Assembly: GCA_965221065.1 (NCBI GenBank)
Contig: OZ244861.1
Location: 1,697,566-1,761,565, forward strand
Reading direction: 5' to 3'
DNA length: 64,000 bases
DNA from: Dehalococcoidia bacterium
GTDB taxonomy: Bacteria > Chloroflexota > Dehalococcoidia > Bin125
Shown: piece by piece, positions 35,865 to 45,600 of the stretch
Layout of the letters: each line of letters starts with the position of its first letter
Numbering within the stretch: the stretch's first letter is position 1
Translations under genes and position numbers: made by a program
Notes under the pieces: generated by a model
Told to the model about the DNA's origin: nothing
Database searches by the model: none
What the model saw: the letters and a program-made list of their open reading frames with translations, nothing else

Positions 35865-36290
35865 CTAGGCGAAGGTCGTCTCTACCGAGGACGACGCGTC
35901 GAAAAAGTCCTGGAGGGTCTGGTTGAAGCGATAGAAGAGGTCCCGGCGGGTGTAGTCCTCGCCCTTTGCGAGTTCCTCCGGACTCTCCAGGTCGATCGTG
36001 TTGAGGGTGTGATGCAGATCGGCGTGGCCGTTGTTCTGGATGTTCTCGATCATTTCCTGCCAGCGGTCTTCGGGCATCACGAGCGTGAAGTCGAGGTCTT
36101 CCTCATCGGTGGAGCTGGAGATATCCGCGATCTCCGGGATCTCGTAGCCGTCGAAGACGAGCTTGATCGTGGTCTCGCCCACATTGACGCCCATGGCGCA
36201 GTCCATCATCCCGAAATCGCGCCAGTGCGGGTCGTCCTGAACGGTGTCGCGAAGCGCTTCGAACCATTCAACGGAGGGGAACTGCGGCAT
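35865..36290 (-). CDS. SCP2-like (sterol-carrier-fold) hypothetical protein
   Basis: 141 aa. The opening PSVEWFEALRDTVQDDPHWRDFG... resembles bacterial SCP2-domain proteins. This assignment is from memory of the family, not from a search. Confidence 0.4.
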   Translation of the reverse strand: MPQFPSVEWFEALRDTVQDDPHWRDFGMMDCAMGVNVGETTIKLVFDGYEIPEIADISSSTDEEDLDFTLVMPEDRWQEMIENIQNNGHADLHHTLNTIDLESPEELAKGEDYTRRDLFYRFNQTLQDFFDASSSVETTFA

Positions 36291-36391
36291 GGTCGGTCTC
36301 CGGTCGTCGTGTCTCGGTGTCAGATCTCGGTGGTACGTGTCTGCGGTACGTGGCTGATCTTAGCAAGCATGGGCGAATTGTCTGCATAGCG

Positions 36392-37318
36392 CTATTCCTC
36401 CCACTCCTCGCCGTTCGACGCTGGGGTGGGCCGGAACAGATCGCCGACGGCGACGACGCCGGCCGCTGTCATCGCCAGCAGTCCCAGCGCCTTGAGATGC
36501 AGCCGACGGGCGCGACTGAAGTCGTCGATGTCCGGAGCCGGTCGTTGCCAGCCGACGGCGCGGCCGTTCCACGAGGTACGACGGTCAAGGGCCACCGACA
36601 TGGCGGTGACAGGGATCGGCGTCTCCGAACCGAGGGCCAGTTCTTCGAGTTCGGGGGGTTGCAGATCCGAGCGGCCGCGCGCCGCGAGGGTGGCTGCGGC
36701 CGCGATGGCGTCGCGGGCGCGCCGCACCGAGACGAGACGGCGGCGCGGATCGAGGATCGCGGTTAACGGGCCTTCCGCGCCCGGTCCGGCCATCGGTCCG
36801 CCGAGCGATTCGACGGCAGCGTAGGCGACCGCACCGGAAAGGTCGAACGCCGCATATGCGGCCCAGGGACCGACCACGCTCTCGCTGGGCGCGTTCGCGA
36901 GGCGGCCAATCTCAGCTTCGATCCGTTCACTGTCGAGCGCGGCGACCGGCCTTCCCTCGTCGTCCAAGGGCGCACTGGCCAGGTGGCGTTGCACGGCATC
37001 GGATGCTCTGAGTCCACGCCAGGCATCGAAGGTGGCCGCCAGGAGGATCGCCTGGATCAGGATCGACGCGGCGCGTCCGCCGCCGCCGGGTCGAGCCCGC
37101 TCAGCCAGCGCGGCCGCGCGAATCGAGACGGCGGAGGCAGCGAACGGCGCAAAGACGCGAAGTCGCGGTGGCAGCGACGCGAGGTGGCGGCTTTTCGACA
37201 GCGCCCAGGCGAGCCAGGTCGGCCGACCGTCGGGTGGCGGGCCGAGCAGGTACTGCAGCGCGGCCTGGATGATGAGAGCCAGGGCGAAGATTGTGAGGCG
37301 GTCGGTCGTGCGGCGCAT
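36392..37318 (-). CDS. Hypothetical membrane protein
   Basis: The track ORF reaches 37534, but the upstream part is Cys/low-complexity. ATG 37318 gives MRRTTDRLTIFALALIIQAALQYLLG... There are hydrophobic helices at both ends and no recognised motif. Confidence 0.45.
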   Translation of the reverse strand: MRRTTDRLTIFALALIIQAALQYLLGPPPDGRPTWLAWALSKSRHLASLPPRLRVFAPFAASAVSIRAAALAERARPGGGGRAASILIQAILLAATFDAWRGLRASDAVQRHLASAPLDDEGRPVAALDSERIEAEIGRLANAPSESVVGPWAAYAAFDLSGAVAYAAVESLGGPMAGPGAEGPLTAILDPRRRLVSVRRARDAIAAAATLAARGRSDLQPPELEELALGSETPIPVTAMSVALDRRTSWNGRAVGWQRPAPDIDDFSRARRLHLKALGLLAMTAAGVVAVGDLFRPTPASNGEEWEE

Positions 37319-37454
37319 TGGACTATGAGCATATCCGCCATGCCTGGAGTTCCTGGCTCTGTATCGCGCGACACAGAGCGCCAGGGCTGGTGCGGGATTT
37401 TCTCCGGGAACGGCGGAAGAGGCGCCAGAGCATCCCCAGAAGTTCGTGAAAAAG

Positions 37455-37484
37455 TTGACAAGCGACGATTTACCGGCTGATAAT
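37455..37484 (+). promoter_or_regulatory. Near-consensus sigma-70-type promoter
   Basis: TTGACA (37455-37460), an 18-nt spacer, then GATAAT (37479-37484) preceded by T-G. It lies about 85 nt upstream of the zinc-ribbon gene start. Confidence 0.5.
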
Positions 37485-37569
37485 GTGCATCGTTTCACAA
37501 ACTCGCAGTTGTGCGGACATTCACAAGGTCCCACGCAGATTTAGTCGAGTAGGAAAGCGAGTCGGCCCG

Positions 37570-37779
37570 ATGCCCGTTACTCCTCCGTCGAAATGCCCCC
37601 GCTGCTCAGGCATGATGCTGGTCGAATCGGACGCGCACAGCGTGTATTCGAGTTGCCTGTCGTGCGGGTATGTCTACGAGAGCAACATCATCTCGGTCTT
37701 CGAGCTTGAGCGCGAACAGGCCGTCGAGGAGGGCCGCCAGCGCCGCCGACAGCCGTCGCATGGCAAGCTCCGCCTCTAA
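37570..37779 (+). CDS. Small zinc-ribbon protein (69 aa)
   Basis: ATG 37570 is preceded by AGGAAAG. The protein reads MPVTPPSKCPRCSGMMLVESDAHSVYSSCLSCGYVYE, giving CxxC-(17)-CxxC, and has a basic tail RQRRRQPSHGKLRL. Confidence 0.55.
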   Translation: MPVTPPSKCPRCSGMMLVESDAHSVYSSCLSCGYVYESNIISVFELEREQAVEEGRQRRRQPSHGKLRL

Positions 37780-37910
37780 CCTCCCGCGCCCAACCGGCCC
37801 CCGTCCCGGCGCGCCCGCAGGCGCGCCCGATCCCACGCCCGCGCTAGCCTGAGTCAGGCGCGTCCACGGCGAAGCGGTGGACGTTCGCCGCTGAAGTTGG
37901 GGCTGGCGGC

Positions 37911-38336
37911 GTGGAGATTCGCGAATATCGCAAGGCGACCCGTTGCGAGCACCGCGGTCGCATCCGCAAGTGCCGCGAGCCCTTACTCGGACAATGCCAG
38001 TACTGTGCGCGTGGTTTCTGTTCCCGCCACGGACAGGTGTACGACGACGGACAGGAAGTCTGCGTCGAGGACCGTTGCGGGCGTCTACAGTCCGATGTCG
38101 AGCAGCACCTCCTGTTCAAGGAGGCGGCCCGCTCGCGCAACCAAGAACAGCTCTGCGGCGAGCCCGAGTGCTCGCGCCGGTTCTCGCTGCTCTGTGAGCG
38201 CTGCTACTGCCGCTATTGCGAGGACCACCTGCGTCAAGTGATCATGACTGTCTCGCGCGGCGGCGAACTGCAGACGGAAGCGATCGCGATGTGCGACCAC
38301 TGTCGGGCTCGACTACCGCTCTGGTCGGAGGAATGA
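37911..38336 (+). CDS. Cysteine-rich protein with two tandem multi-Cys/His zinc-finger-like modules
   Basis: 141 aa from a GTG start. Module 1: CEHRGRIRKC...CQYCARGFCSRH...C. Module 2: CGEPEC...CERCYCRYCEDH...CDHC. Confidence 0.5.
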   Translation: MEIREYRKATRCEHRGRIRKCREPLLGQCQYCARGFCSRHGQVYDDGQEVCVEDRCGRLQSDVEQHLLFKEAARSRNQEQLCGEPECSRRFSLLCERCYCRYCEDHLRQVIMTVSRGGELQTEAIAMCDHCRARLPLWSEE

Positions 38337-38795
38337 CGCGAGGATCGACTCGTCGTGCGGAAACACGGGCCCAGGCATGCCGGCCGAGCGACCGATCGGG
38401 ATCCAGGCCGCGGCGAGCGCTTCCGGTCCGGGTCTGAGCACTCCGCCGGCGGCCGCTGCGCGGAAGGCGATCACGACGGTCTGGTCACCGGTCTCCGACC
38501 AAACGCCCAAGAGTCTGCCGATCTCCACCTCGACGCCCGTCTCTTCGCGCACTTCCCGGACGGCGGCGTCTTCGACGCGTTCGCCGGCGTCGACGAAGCC
38601 TGAGGGCCAGGCCCACTGGTACATCGCCGGTTCGTGATTACGGCGGATGTAGAGCAGGCGGCCCTGCTCGTCGGTCGCGAGCACGACTACGGCGACCTTG
38701 GGGTCTCTGTAGTGAATCCAGTCGCAGTCGTCACAGCCGTCCGGAGATGAGAGCCGTGCGGCGCACTGGGGACAGAATCTCGGCGGAGGCGGCAT
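38313..38795 (-). CDS. NUDIX hydrolase with N-terminal zinc ribbon
   Basis: 160 aa. CPQC...CDDC at the N-terminus and the Nudix box GFVDAGERVEDAAVREVREETGV. Confidence 0.85.
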   Translation of the reverse strand: MPPPPRFCPQCAARLSSPDGCDDCDWIHYRDPKVAVVVLATDEQGRLLYIRRNHEPAMYQWAWPSGFVDAGERVEDAAVREVREETGVEVEIGRLLGVWSETGDQTVVIAFRAAAAGGVLRPGPEALAAAWIPIGRSAGMPGPVFPHDESILASFLRPER

Positions 38796-38812
38796 CGTGC
38801 CGCTCGTCTCGA

Positions 38813-39565
38813 CTAGAAGACCGGCAACGAGACTCGCTCAAAGTGCTCGTAGTAGCGGCCGTCTGCGGAGCTCCAGCGTTTCTCGACATTGGCGATGAAG
38901 TCCTCGCCGCGGTCACCGAACTGTGAGACGTGCCGAGTCAGCGCGCGAATCTTGGTCTGGATCACGTCGGTGATATCGACGTCGCAGTTGGCGGCCATGC
39001 TGCCCCAGATGAAGAGCTCGGCGACCTTGTGACACTCGAGACCCTCCTCGAGGTGCTCCGGGTAGTTGAGGCGATCCCTCGCGGTCGGATAGACCGCGTC
39101 GATCGTCATCTCTCCCGTGCAGCGGTGGTCGCGGTGGTTGATGAAGCCGCGGAACTCAGAGAGCGGATCGGCCGGATCCGCCTCAAGCGCGCGTCGGTGA
39201 ACGATGTCGGTCGAATGGGTGAACACGGCGTGCGGCTGAACCTTGCGGATCGCCTTGACGATGCCGCCGAGGTATTCCCTCGTGTACTCGAGTTCGCCGT
39301 CTTCGCCGCCGAGGAACGTGCAGGTCAGGACGCCCAACTCTTCGGCCGCGTTGCGCTGTTCTACCTCGCGCATGGGGACAAGGCGTTCCGAGGTCATCTC
39401 CGGATCGGCGGAACCCTTGGCGCCGTTGGTGACGACCAGGTAATGCATCTCCCAGCCGAGCGCGGTCCAGAGCGCGGCAGTGCCGCCGGCGCCAAAGTCG
39501 GCATCGTCCGGATGCGCGGCGACGACCAAGCCGACCTTGTTGTCGGTGTCGGGAGGAACTGTCAT
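38813..39565 (-). CDS. PIG-L/LmbE-family N-acetylglucosaminyl deacetylase
   Basis: 250 aa. VVAAHPDDADFGAGGTAA is the AHPDD zinc-binding motif; HRDH lies later in the protein. Confidence 0.8.
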   Translation of the reverse strand: MTVPPDTDNKVGLVVAAHPDDADFGAGGTAALWTALGWEMHYLVVTNGAKGSADPEMTSERLVPMREVEQRNAAEELGVLTCTFLGGEDGELEYTREYLGGIVKAIRKVQPHAVFTHSTDIVHRRALEADPADPLSEFRGFINHRDHRCTGEMTIDAVYPTARDRLNYPEHLEEGLECHKVAELFIWGSMAANCDVDITDVIQTKIRALTRHVSQFGDRGEDFIANVEKRWSSADGRYYEHFERVSLPVF

Positions 39566-39685
39566 GGAAACACACTTTCAGGTCTGCGCATAATTTTGCA
39601 CATTTCGGGGTCTGAGCGCGACATCAGGGAACACAGGCCACTTGACAGCCTCCGTGCGAGCCTGCCACCATTGTGATTATAACTA

Positions 39686-39699
39686 CGAACGGAGGTTCC
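39686..39699. promoter_or_regulatory. Candidate LexA operator (Cheo/Gram-positive-type SOS box)
   Basis: CGAACggagGTTCC matches CGAAC-N4-GTTCG at 9 of 10 specified positions. It lies 127 bp upstream of lexA, just after a TG-n-TTATAA extended -10-like element (39674-39682). Confidence 0.55.
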
Positions 39700-39825
39700 G
39701 CACACGTGCGCGGAGACTGTGCTAGGATTACATTATGTCACTATCTGGAACAGTGACAGCGGATTCCGCAGCCAGTCACCGGTCGAGCCACCCGAGACGG
39801 ACTTGCCAGGAACGAGGGATTCATC

Positions 39826-40551
39826 ATGGCAGAGTTGACCAACTCCGAGGCTGAGCAAGCCAATACACCTCGACGGCGGGGAAAGCGCGGACCGCGGTCC
39901 GACAAGCCGGAACGCATTCTCGCGTTCCTACAGGATTACTTCTCCCGTTACCACTATCCGCCGTCCGTGCGCGACATCGTCGAAGGTTGCGAGCTCTCCT
40001 CGACATCCGTTGCCGACTACAACCTGAAGATCCTCGAACGCGAAGGCCACATCCGGCGTGATCGCGAACGGGCGCGCACGATCTCCCTGACCCAACCGGT
40101 CGACCCGATCCAGGCGGCGACACTCGAGCCGAGTGCGACTCCGCTGGAGGTCCCGATGCTCGGCTCAATTGCCGCCGGCACGCGGTCCCTGGTACCGGAC
40201 GGCGTTGATGTCGCCCACGCCGAGAGTCGGATCAGTGTTACGGCCGACATGCTCGGCGGGCGCGACCCGGAGCAGGTCTTCGCCCTGACGGTCCGAGGGG
40301 ACTCGATGATCGACGCGTTGATCGCGGACAACGACACGGTCATCCTGGAGGAGACTGCCGACGTCGCGAACGGCCAGATGGCGGCCGTCTGGCTGCGGGA
40401 CGAGAACATCTGCACGCTCAAGCGGCTCTACTACGAAGGCGGGCAGGTGCGCTTGCAGCCGGAGAACCCGACCATGCAGCCGATCTTCACCGACGAATCG
40501 AACATGCAGGTCCAGGGCCGCGTGGTGTCGATCATCCGCCGACCGCAGTAG
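39826..40551 (+). CDS. lexA: LexA repressor
   Basis: 241 aa. Winged-helix N-terminal domain, cleavage-site region VPMLGSIAAG, and S24 peptidase residues in VRGDSMIDA and TLKRLY. Confidence 0.9.
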   Translation: MAELTNSEAEQANTPRRRGKRGPRSDKPERILAFLQDYFSRYHYPPSVRDIVEGCELSSTSVADYNLKILEREGHIRRDRERARTISLTQPVDPIQAATLEPSATPLEVPMLGSIAAGTRSLVPDGVDVAHAESRISVTADMLGGRDPEQVFALTVRGDSMIDALIADNDTVILEETADVANGQMAAVWLRDENICTLKRLYYEGGQVRLQPENPTMQPIFTDESNMQVQGRVVSIIRRPQ

Positions 40552-40600
40552 GTCAGGCGCTTTCCCGCGCGGTCCGGCGAGCGCTTGTGCGTACACTGCA

Positions 40601-41596
40601 ATGGTGCCGCCGGTTCTGAGTATCGACGACGTCAGCATCGAGTACAACACTCGCGAGGGTCCGGTGCGCGCCGTGCGCGGCGCGTCACTGACCATGAATC
40701 GGGGCGAGATCGTCGCCCTGGTTGGCGAGAGCGGGTCTGGTAAGACGACACTCGGCCTTGCGATCCTGCGCATCCTGCCGCGCAACGCCGACCAGACCAC
40801 AGGCACGATCCGCTACGAACACCGCAACATCGGCGAGATGGACCGGACAGAGCTGCAGCGCATCCGCGGCGACCAGATCTCGATGATCTTCCAGGATCCG
40901 ATCGCCGGCCTGAATCCGATCATCACGGTTGGGCAGCAGGTCGAGGAGGTCATCACGTCGCATCGCTCTGTGTCCAAGGACCAGGCGAGAGAGCGAGCGC
41001 TCGACGCGCTGAATGCGATGCGCCTGCCCGATCCGGTCCGGATCGCGAAGTCGTTCCCGGGCGAGCTGTCAGGCGGCATGTGTCAGCGGATCATGATTGC
41101 GATCGCCACGGCGCTCGACCCGCAGGTGCTGATCGCAGACGAGCCGACTGCCTCCCTGGATGTCACAGTCCAAGCGCAGATCCTGTACGAGCTGGAGCGT
41201 CTGCGCGATGAGCGAGGGACGGCGATCCTGTTGATCACGCACGACATGGGCGTCGTCGCGCAGGTGGCGGAGCGGGTGGCGATTATCTACGCGGGCAAGA
41301 TGATGGAGGTGGACGACGTGGTGCCGCTGTTCCAACAGCCACGCCATCCGTACACCTGGGCGATGCTGGACACGCTGCCGAGATTGGACCGCCGGCGGCG
41401 ATCGCGACTGCGTCAGATTCCGGGCGGACTGCCCGACCTGACCGACGAGGAGATCGGCGATCACTGCGCCTACCTCTCGCGCTGCCCCAAGGCCCTGACG
41501 AAATGCCGGACCGACGACGAACCAGACCTGGCCGAGGTGTACGGCGGGCGAATCGGCCAGCGCGTGGCCTGCTACAACCCGGTGCTCGAGGTCTAG
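40601..41596 (+). CDS. ABC transporter ATP-binding protein, oligopeptide/dipeptide (OppD/DppD) type
   Basis: 331 aa. Walker A GESGSGKTT, signature LSGGMCQR, Walker B LIADEPT, and an Opp-type C-terminal extension with HPYTWAML. Confidence 0.85.
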   Translation: MVPPVLSIDDVSIEYNTREGPVRAVRGASLTMNRGEIVALVGESGSGKTTLGLAILRILPRNADQTTGTIRYEHRNIGEMDRTELQRIRGDQISMIFQDPIAGLNPIITVGQQVEEVITSHRSVSKDQARERALDALNAMRLPDPVRIAKSFPGELSGGMCQRIMIAIATALDPQVLIADEPTASLDVTVQAQILYELERLRDERGTAILLITHDMGVVAQVAERVAIIYAGKMMEVDDVVPLFQQPRHPYTWAMLDTLPRLDRRRRSRLRQIPGGLPDLTDEEIGDHCAYLSRCPKALTKCRTDDEPDLAEVYGGRIGQRVACYNPVLEV

Positions 41597-42597
41597 CGCC
41601 GGCTGGCGCCGGCCAACTCAGCGACCAGCAGCTCCACTGCCACATCTTCAGGTAGGCCGCCGCGGTCGTTGCGATAATCAACGATTGCGACCTCGGCCTC
41701 GAGAATTCGGGCCAGTGCCGCGTCTGCGGAGGCTTGGGTGTAGGCCTGCGCCTGGCGTCGCAGCCTGCGCGCGAGCCAGGCGAAGTTGGACTTGACGGCC
41801 GACTGAACGGCCTCGTTCGATCCGCCGCGATCGAGCACCTCTCGCGCGACCACGACCTGGCGGTATGTTCGCGCCAGCATCTGGATGATGCGCGTCTCCG
41901 GTTCCCCCTCGGCGCGGACCCCGTCGAGCGCCTGCATGGCGTCGGCGAGCCGACCTTCCGCGACGGCGTCGACCAGGTTGAAGATGGTGACCGAGCGCAC
42001 GGCGGGGACCATCGCCCGCACGATCGTCTCGTCGACGTTGGCGTCGCCCGCGTAGAGCGAGAGCTTGTCGACGGCCTGGGTGAGGGCGCCGCGGTCGCCG
42101 CCGGCGCGATCGACCAGGGCCTGCGCAGCATTTCTGGTCATGTGCAGACCGCGCCGACGCACCTCGACGCGCAGCCAGTCGAGCGCCTGCTCCGGCTTGA
42201 GCCGTGCGAACTCGCGAACGTCTGCCAGCGGTTCGATCAGTTGCAGCATCGGATTGCGGCGGCGCAGTTCGTCCTCGACGAAGACGAGCACGGTGGTCGC
42301 AGGTATCTGCTCGAGGATGTCGGTCAGGCCATCCCAGTCACCAATCTGTCGTCCGCGTCGTGCGCCCGGTTGAAATCCGAAGCGGGCGCAGAGTCCATCG
42401 ACTCGGACCCAGCGGACCCCGCCAAGGAACGGCGCCGCGGAGACGGCCGCGCCCAGCTCACCCAGCGACACGCGTGCCCCGTCAAAGCTGACGGAGTTGT
42501 TGACGAGTGAACCGTCGCTGTCGTGCTCGCGTCGCAACGCCGCTACCGCCTCGAGACGGGCAAAGCGATCCTCGCCGTGGAACAGGTAGACGGGCAT
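41593..42597 (-). CDS. holA: DNA polymerase III delta subunit
   Basis: 334 aa. The N-terminus MPVYLFHGEDRFARLEAV and overall length match HolA. Confidence 0.7.
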   Translation of the reverse strand: MPVYLFHGEDRFARLEAVAALRREHDSDGSLVNNSVSFDGARVSLGELGAAVSAAPFLGGVRWVRVDGLCARFGFQPGARRGRQIGDWDGLTDILEQIPATTVLVFVEDELRRRNPMLQLIEPLADVREFARLKPEQALDWLRVEVRRRGLHMTRNAAQALVDRAGGDRGALTQAVDKLSLYAGDANVDETIVRAMVPAVRSVTIFNLVDAVAEGRLADAMQALDGVRAEGEPETRIIQMLARTYRQVVVAREVLDRGGSNEAVQSAVKSNFAWLARRLRRQAQAYTQASADAALARILEAEVAIVDYRNDRGGLPEDVAVELLVAELAGASRR

Positions 42598-42654
42598 GGA
42601 CTGAGCCTAGCGACCGCATGCCGGCCGGCTCCCTCAAGTTGGGGACAGAGCGGT

Positions 42655-45600
42655 CTAGTGCGATTGCGTGGTCTGGATCTGTTCCGGGGCCCGGGTCAGC
42701 CGATCCCTGACCTCCTGCATTGCAGCTTCAAGATCGGCGACTTCGCGCTCTTCACCAGGATGGAGGAAGAGCAGGACGCAGCGCTCGATCGGGCGTTGGA
42801 GGGACTGTTCAAGAATCAGGGCATACGACGCAGCCTGCAGGCGGTAGCGGGCCAGCGCCTGGTCGACGGCCTCCGCTTCGCGCAGTGCGTCGGTCTTGTA
42901 GTCGACGACGACGAGGTTCCCGTTGGGCAGCTCGTAGAGCAGGTCGACGAACCCGTCGAGCAAGACTCCGTCGATCTCGACCGCGGCGTAGATTTCCCGC
43001 CAGAGGCGCTGAGCGTGCACCGCTTCGCGCACGGTCTGGCTCACGAGCGCCCGATTGACGAGCCGTTCGACTTCGCCGGCGGCCTGCCTCGGCAGCGATT
43101 CCGCCGCGGCCTGGGCACGAGCGGCATTTGCGATCTCGTCATCGGCGGGATTGTCCAGATCAATCACCTGGAGGACTGCGTGCGTGGCACGACCGATCGC
43201 GGTTCCGGCGCGACCGCGCCGCCAGGCGGGCAGATCATCGTCGGGCTCGAGGTTTGGATTCGGGGCCGGCGCGAGCCCGGCATCGACCGTCGGCTTGGCG
43301 ACTCCGGTGGCGGACTCATGCGGCAACGAGGCCCACCGCCGTACCGCCTGTTCGCGATCCTCAATCCAACGCTTCCGGTCGTCGATCGAGTTCGGTTGCG
43401 CAGCCGTTGATGACGATCGCGGCGGAGCCTCGTAATCCGGTATCCCGTCGTGGAGCAGGCGGCGGTATCGCACTGGAGCCGTGCTCAGCACTTCGTCAAT
43501 TTGATGGGCGTCGCTCTTGCCGGAGTCAGCGCGATACAAGCTGAGGATCAGGTAGTCGCGGGCTCGGGTCGCCGCCACGTAGTTTCGACGCACGTACTCC
43601 TGACGTTCCAGATCACGTTCACGATCTCGGAGCATGGCGAAACCGGGTGTCTCGAGCCCGGAGCGCCATCGGACTTCTGCTCGCCCGTCGTCGTGCCAGA
43701 GCAGGGGAACGGCGTCGCTGCGCGGCGCAGAGTTGAGGCCGGCGAACACGACGACCGGGAACTCCAGACCTTTGGCCGCGTGGATCGTCATGATCCGCAC
43801 GGCGTCGTGGTCTTCCTCCGGTACGACCGATTCGATCACCTGGGTGTCTTCTTCGGCCTGATGTTGTGCCCATTGCAGGAACTCGCTCAGCGTCGATCCG
43901 CCGCGATCACTGAACGCACGAGCCTGGTCGATCATGAACCGGTAGCGTTGCCAGTGCTCGCGAGGCTGCCGTTCCACGACCGCCAACTCCATCAGTCGGC
44001 GTTCGCGGATGATCAGCCCGACCAATTCGCTGACCGACATCTGCCAACGGCGTTCCGCGGTCTCCCGCAGCCAGCGCATCGAGTCGGCGACCGGATCGTC
44101 CGCGACAACCTCTCGCGGGTGTTCCTGTCGATAGTCCCAGTGACCGTGAGCAGTTCTCCAGCGATAGAGGTCGTCGTCGGCGCAGGCGAAGGCGGGTGAC
44201 TTGAGCGCGGCCAACAGCGCGATTTGGTCGGTCGGATCGTCGATCGCCTGCAGAATGCTCAGCAGATCGCGCACTTCCCGGGAGTCGTAGACGAGCGAGC
44301 GGCTCTCAAGCCGGTAGGGAATGCCGTATCGCTCGAGCGCGGGCAAGACGTGCGTCAGCCCCGTTCGCGTGGGGACGAGGACCGCAATGTCGGCGAACCG
44401 GGCGTCGCGGGTTGTAGATGTGGCCTTGTCGTAGACCTGCCACTGGGCATGATTGACGTGTCCAATCATGCGCGCCAGCGCATCGCCTTCGGTTCGGCGA
44501 ACGCCGGCGATTGGTCCCGGCATGTCGCTGCCGACCACCGTGACGGCGGGAGATGCGCCATCAGGCGCCGGTCTGAAGGCATTCAGGTCTTCCCAATCGG
44601 CCTGGTCCGAACCGCCCGCTTGCATCAGTGGGGCGAACACGGCGTTGACGAACTCGGTTACGCCGGGCACGGAGCGGAAGTTCTGGGTGAGTCGGGTCAG
44701 GCCTGCCTCTTCCCGCCGCTTGACCTCGTTGAACTGGCGGATGTCGGCGCGGCGGAAGCGGTAGATCGATTGTTTGGGGTCGCCGACGAAGAAGGGGCGA
44801 CCGGGCACGCGTTTCGTGATCGCGTCGACGATCTGCGTCTGCAGAGGATCGTTGTCCTGGAATTCGTCGACCAAGATGCGGCAGAATCGGCTGCCGATCG
44901 CCTCCGATACCTCCGCATTGTCTGCCAGCAACATCCGCGCGCGAATCAGCAGATCGTGGAACTCCAGGGCGCCCTTGCGGCGACGTTCTTCCGCGTACTC
45001 GCCGACGAACTTCCTGAGCTCGTCGAATATCGGCGCGCTGAACCGAAGCGCGATTGCCGTGCGAAGCTCGTCGCGCTGCAGGTCGAGGCTGCCCATCGCG
45101 TCCCGGATTTCAGGGAGCACATCGCCGGGCCAGTTCTTCCGGCTTCCCACTCGTTGGACTCGAAGCGAAGTCTCGGTTGTATGAACCAGCAGCATTGCCA
45201 GCGTCCCGGGAGCGTCGGCGGAATCCTGCAGCCGCTCGTGGAACGGGATCAACCGGGTGAGGCGCAGGTAGAGCTTGTCCTCTTGGTCGCTGCAATGCTG
45301 CCTCGCTGTGATGGCGTGGCCCAGGCTGGCGATGAACGGCGCGACGTCGACGTCCTCCGCCTGCAGTCGCGCCGCGCTCGCGTGCGCTCGATCCCAGTCC
45401 TCATGCAGCCGTCGAGCAACCTGGCGCAGGTCGTCCAATTCGACGCCGGCGTCGAACGCTTCCAGCAGCTCCTCCGCGAGTGCTTCGTCCTCCAACAATG
45501 CATCCAACGCCTCCTGCCAGCGGTCGGCGAATGCGAGGGAGGACTCGGTCTCGTCGAGGATCGTGAAGCCGGGCGGTAGTCCGGCCTCGATGGGGTACAT

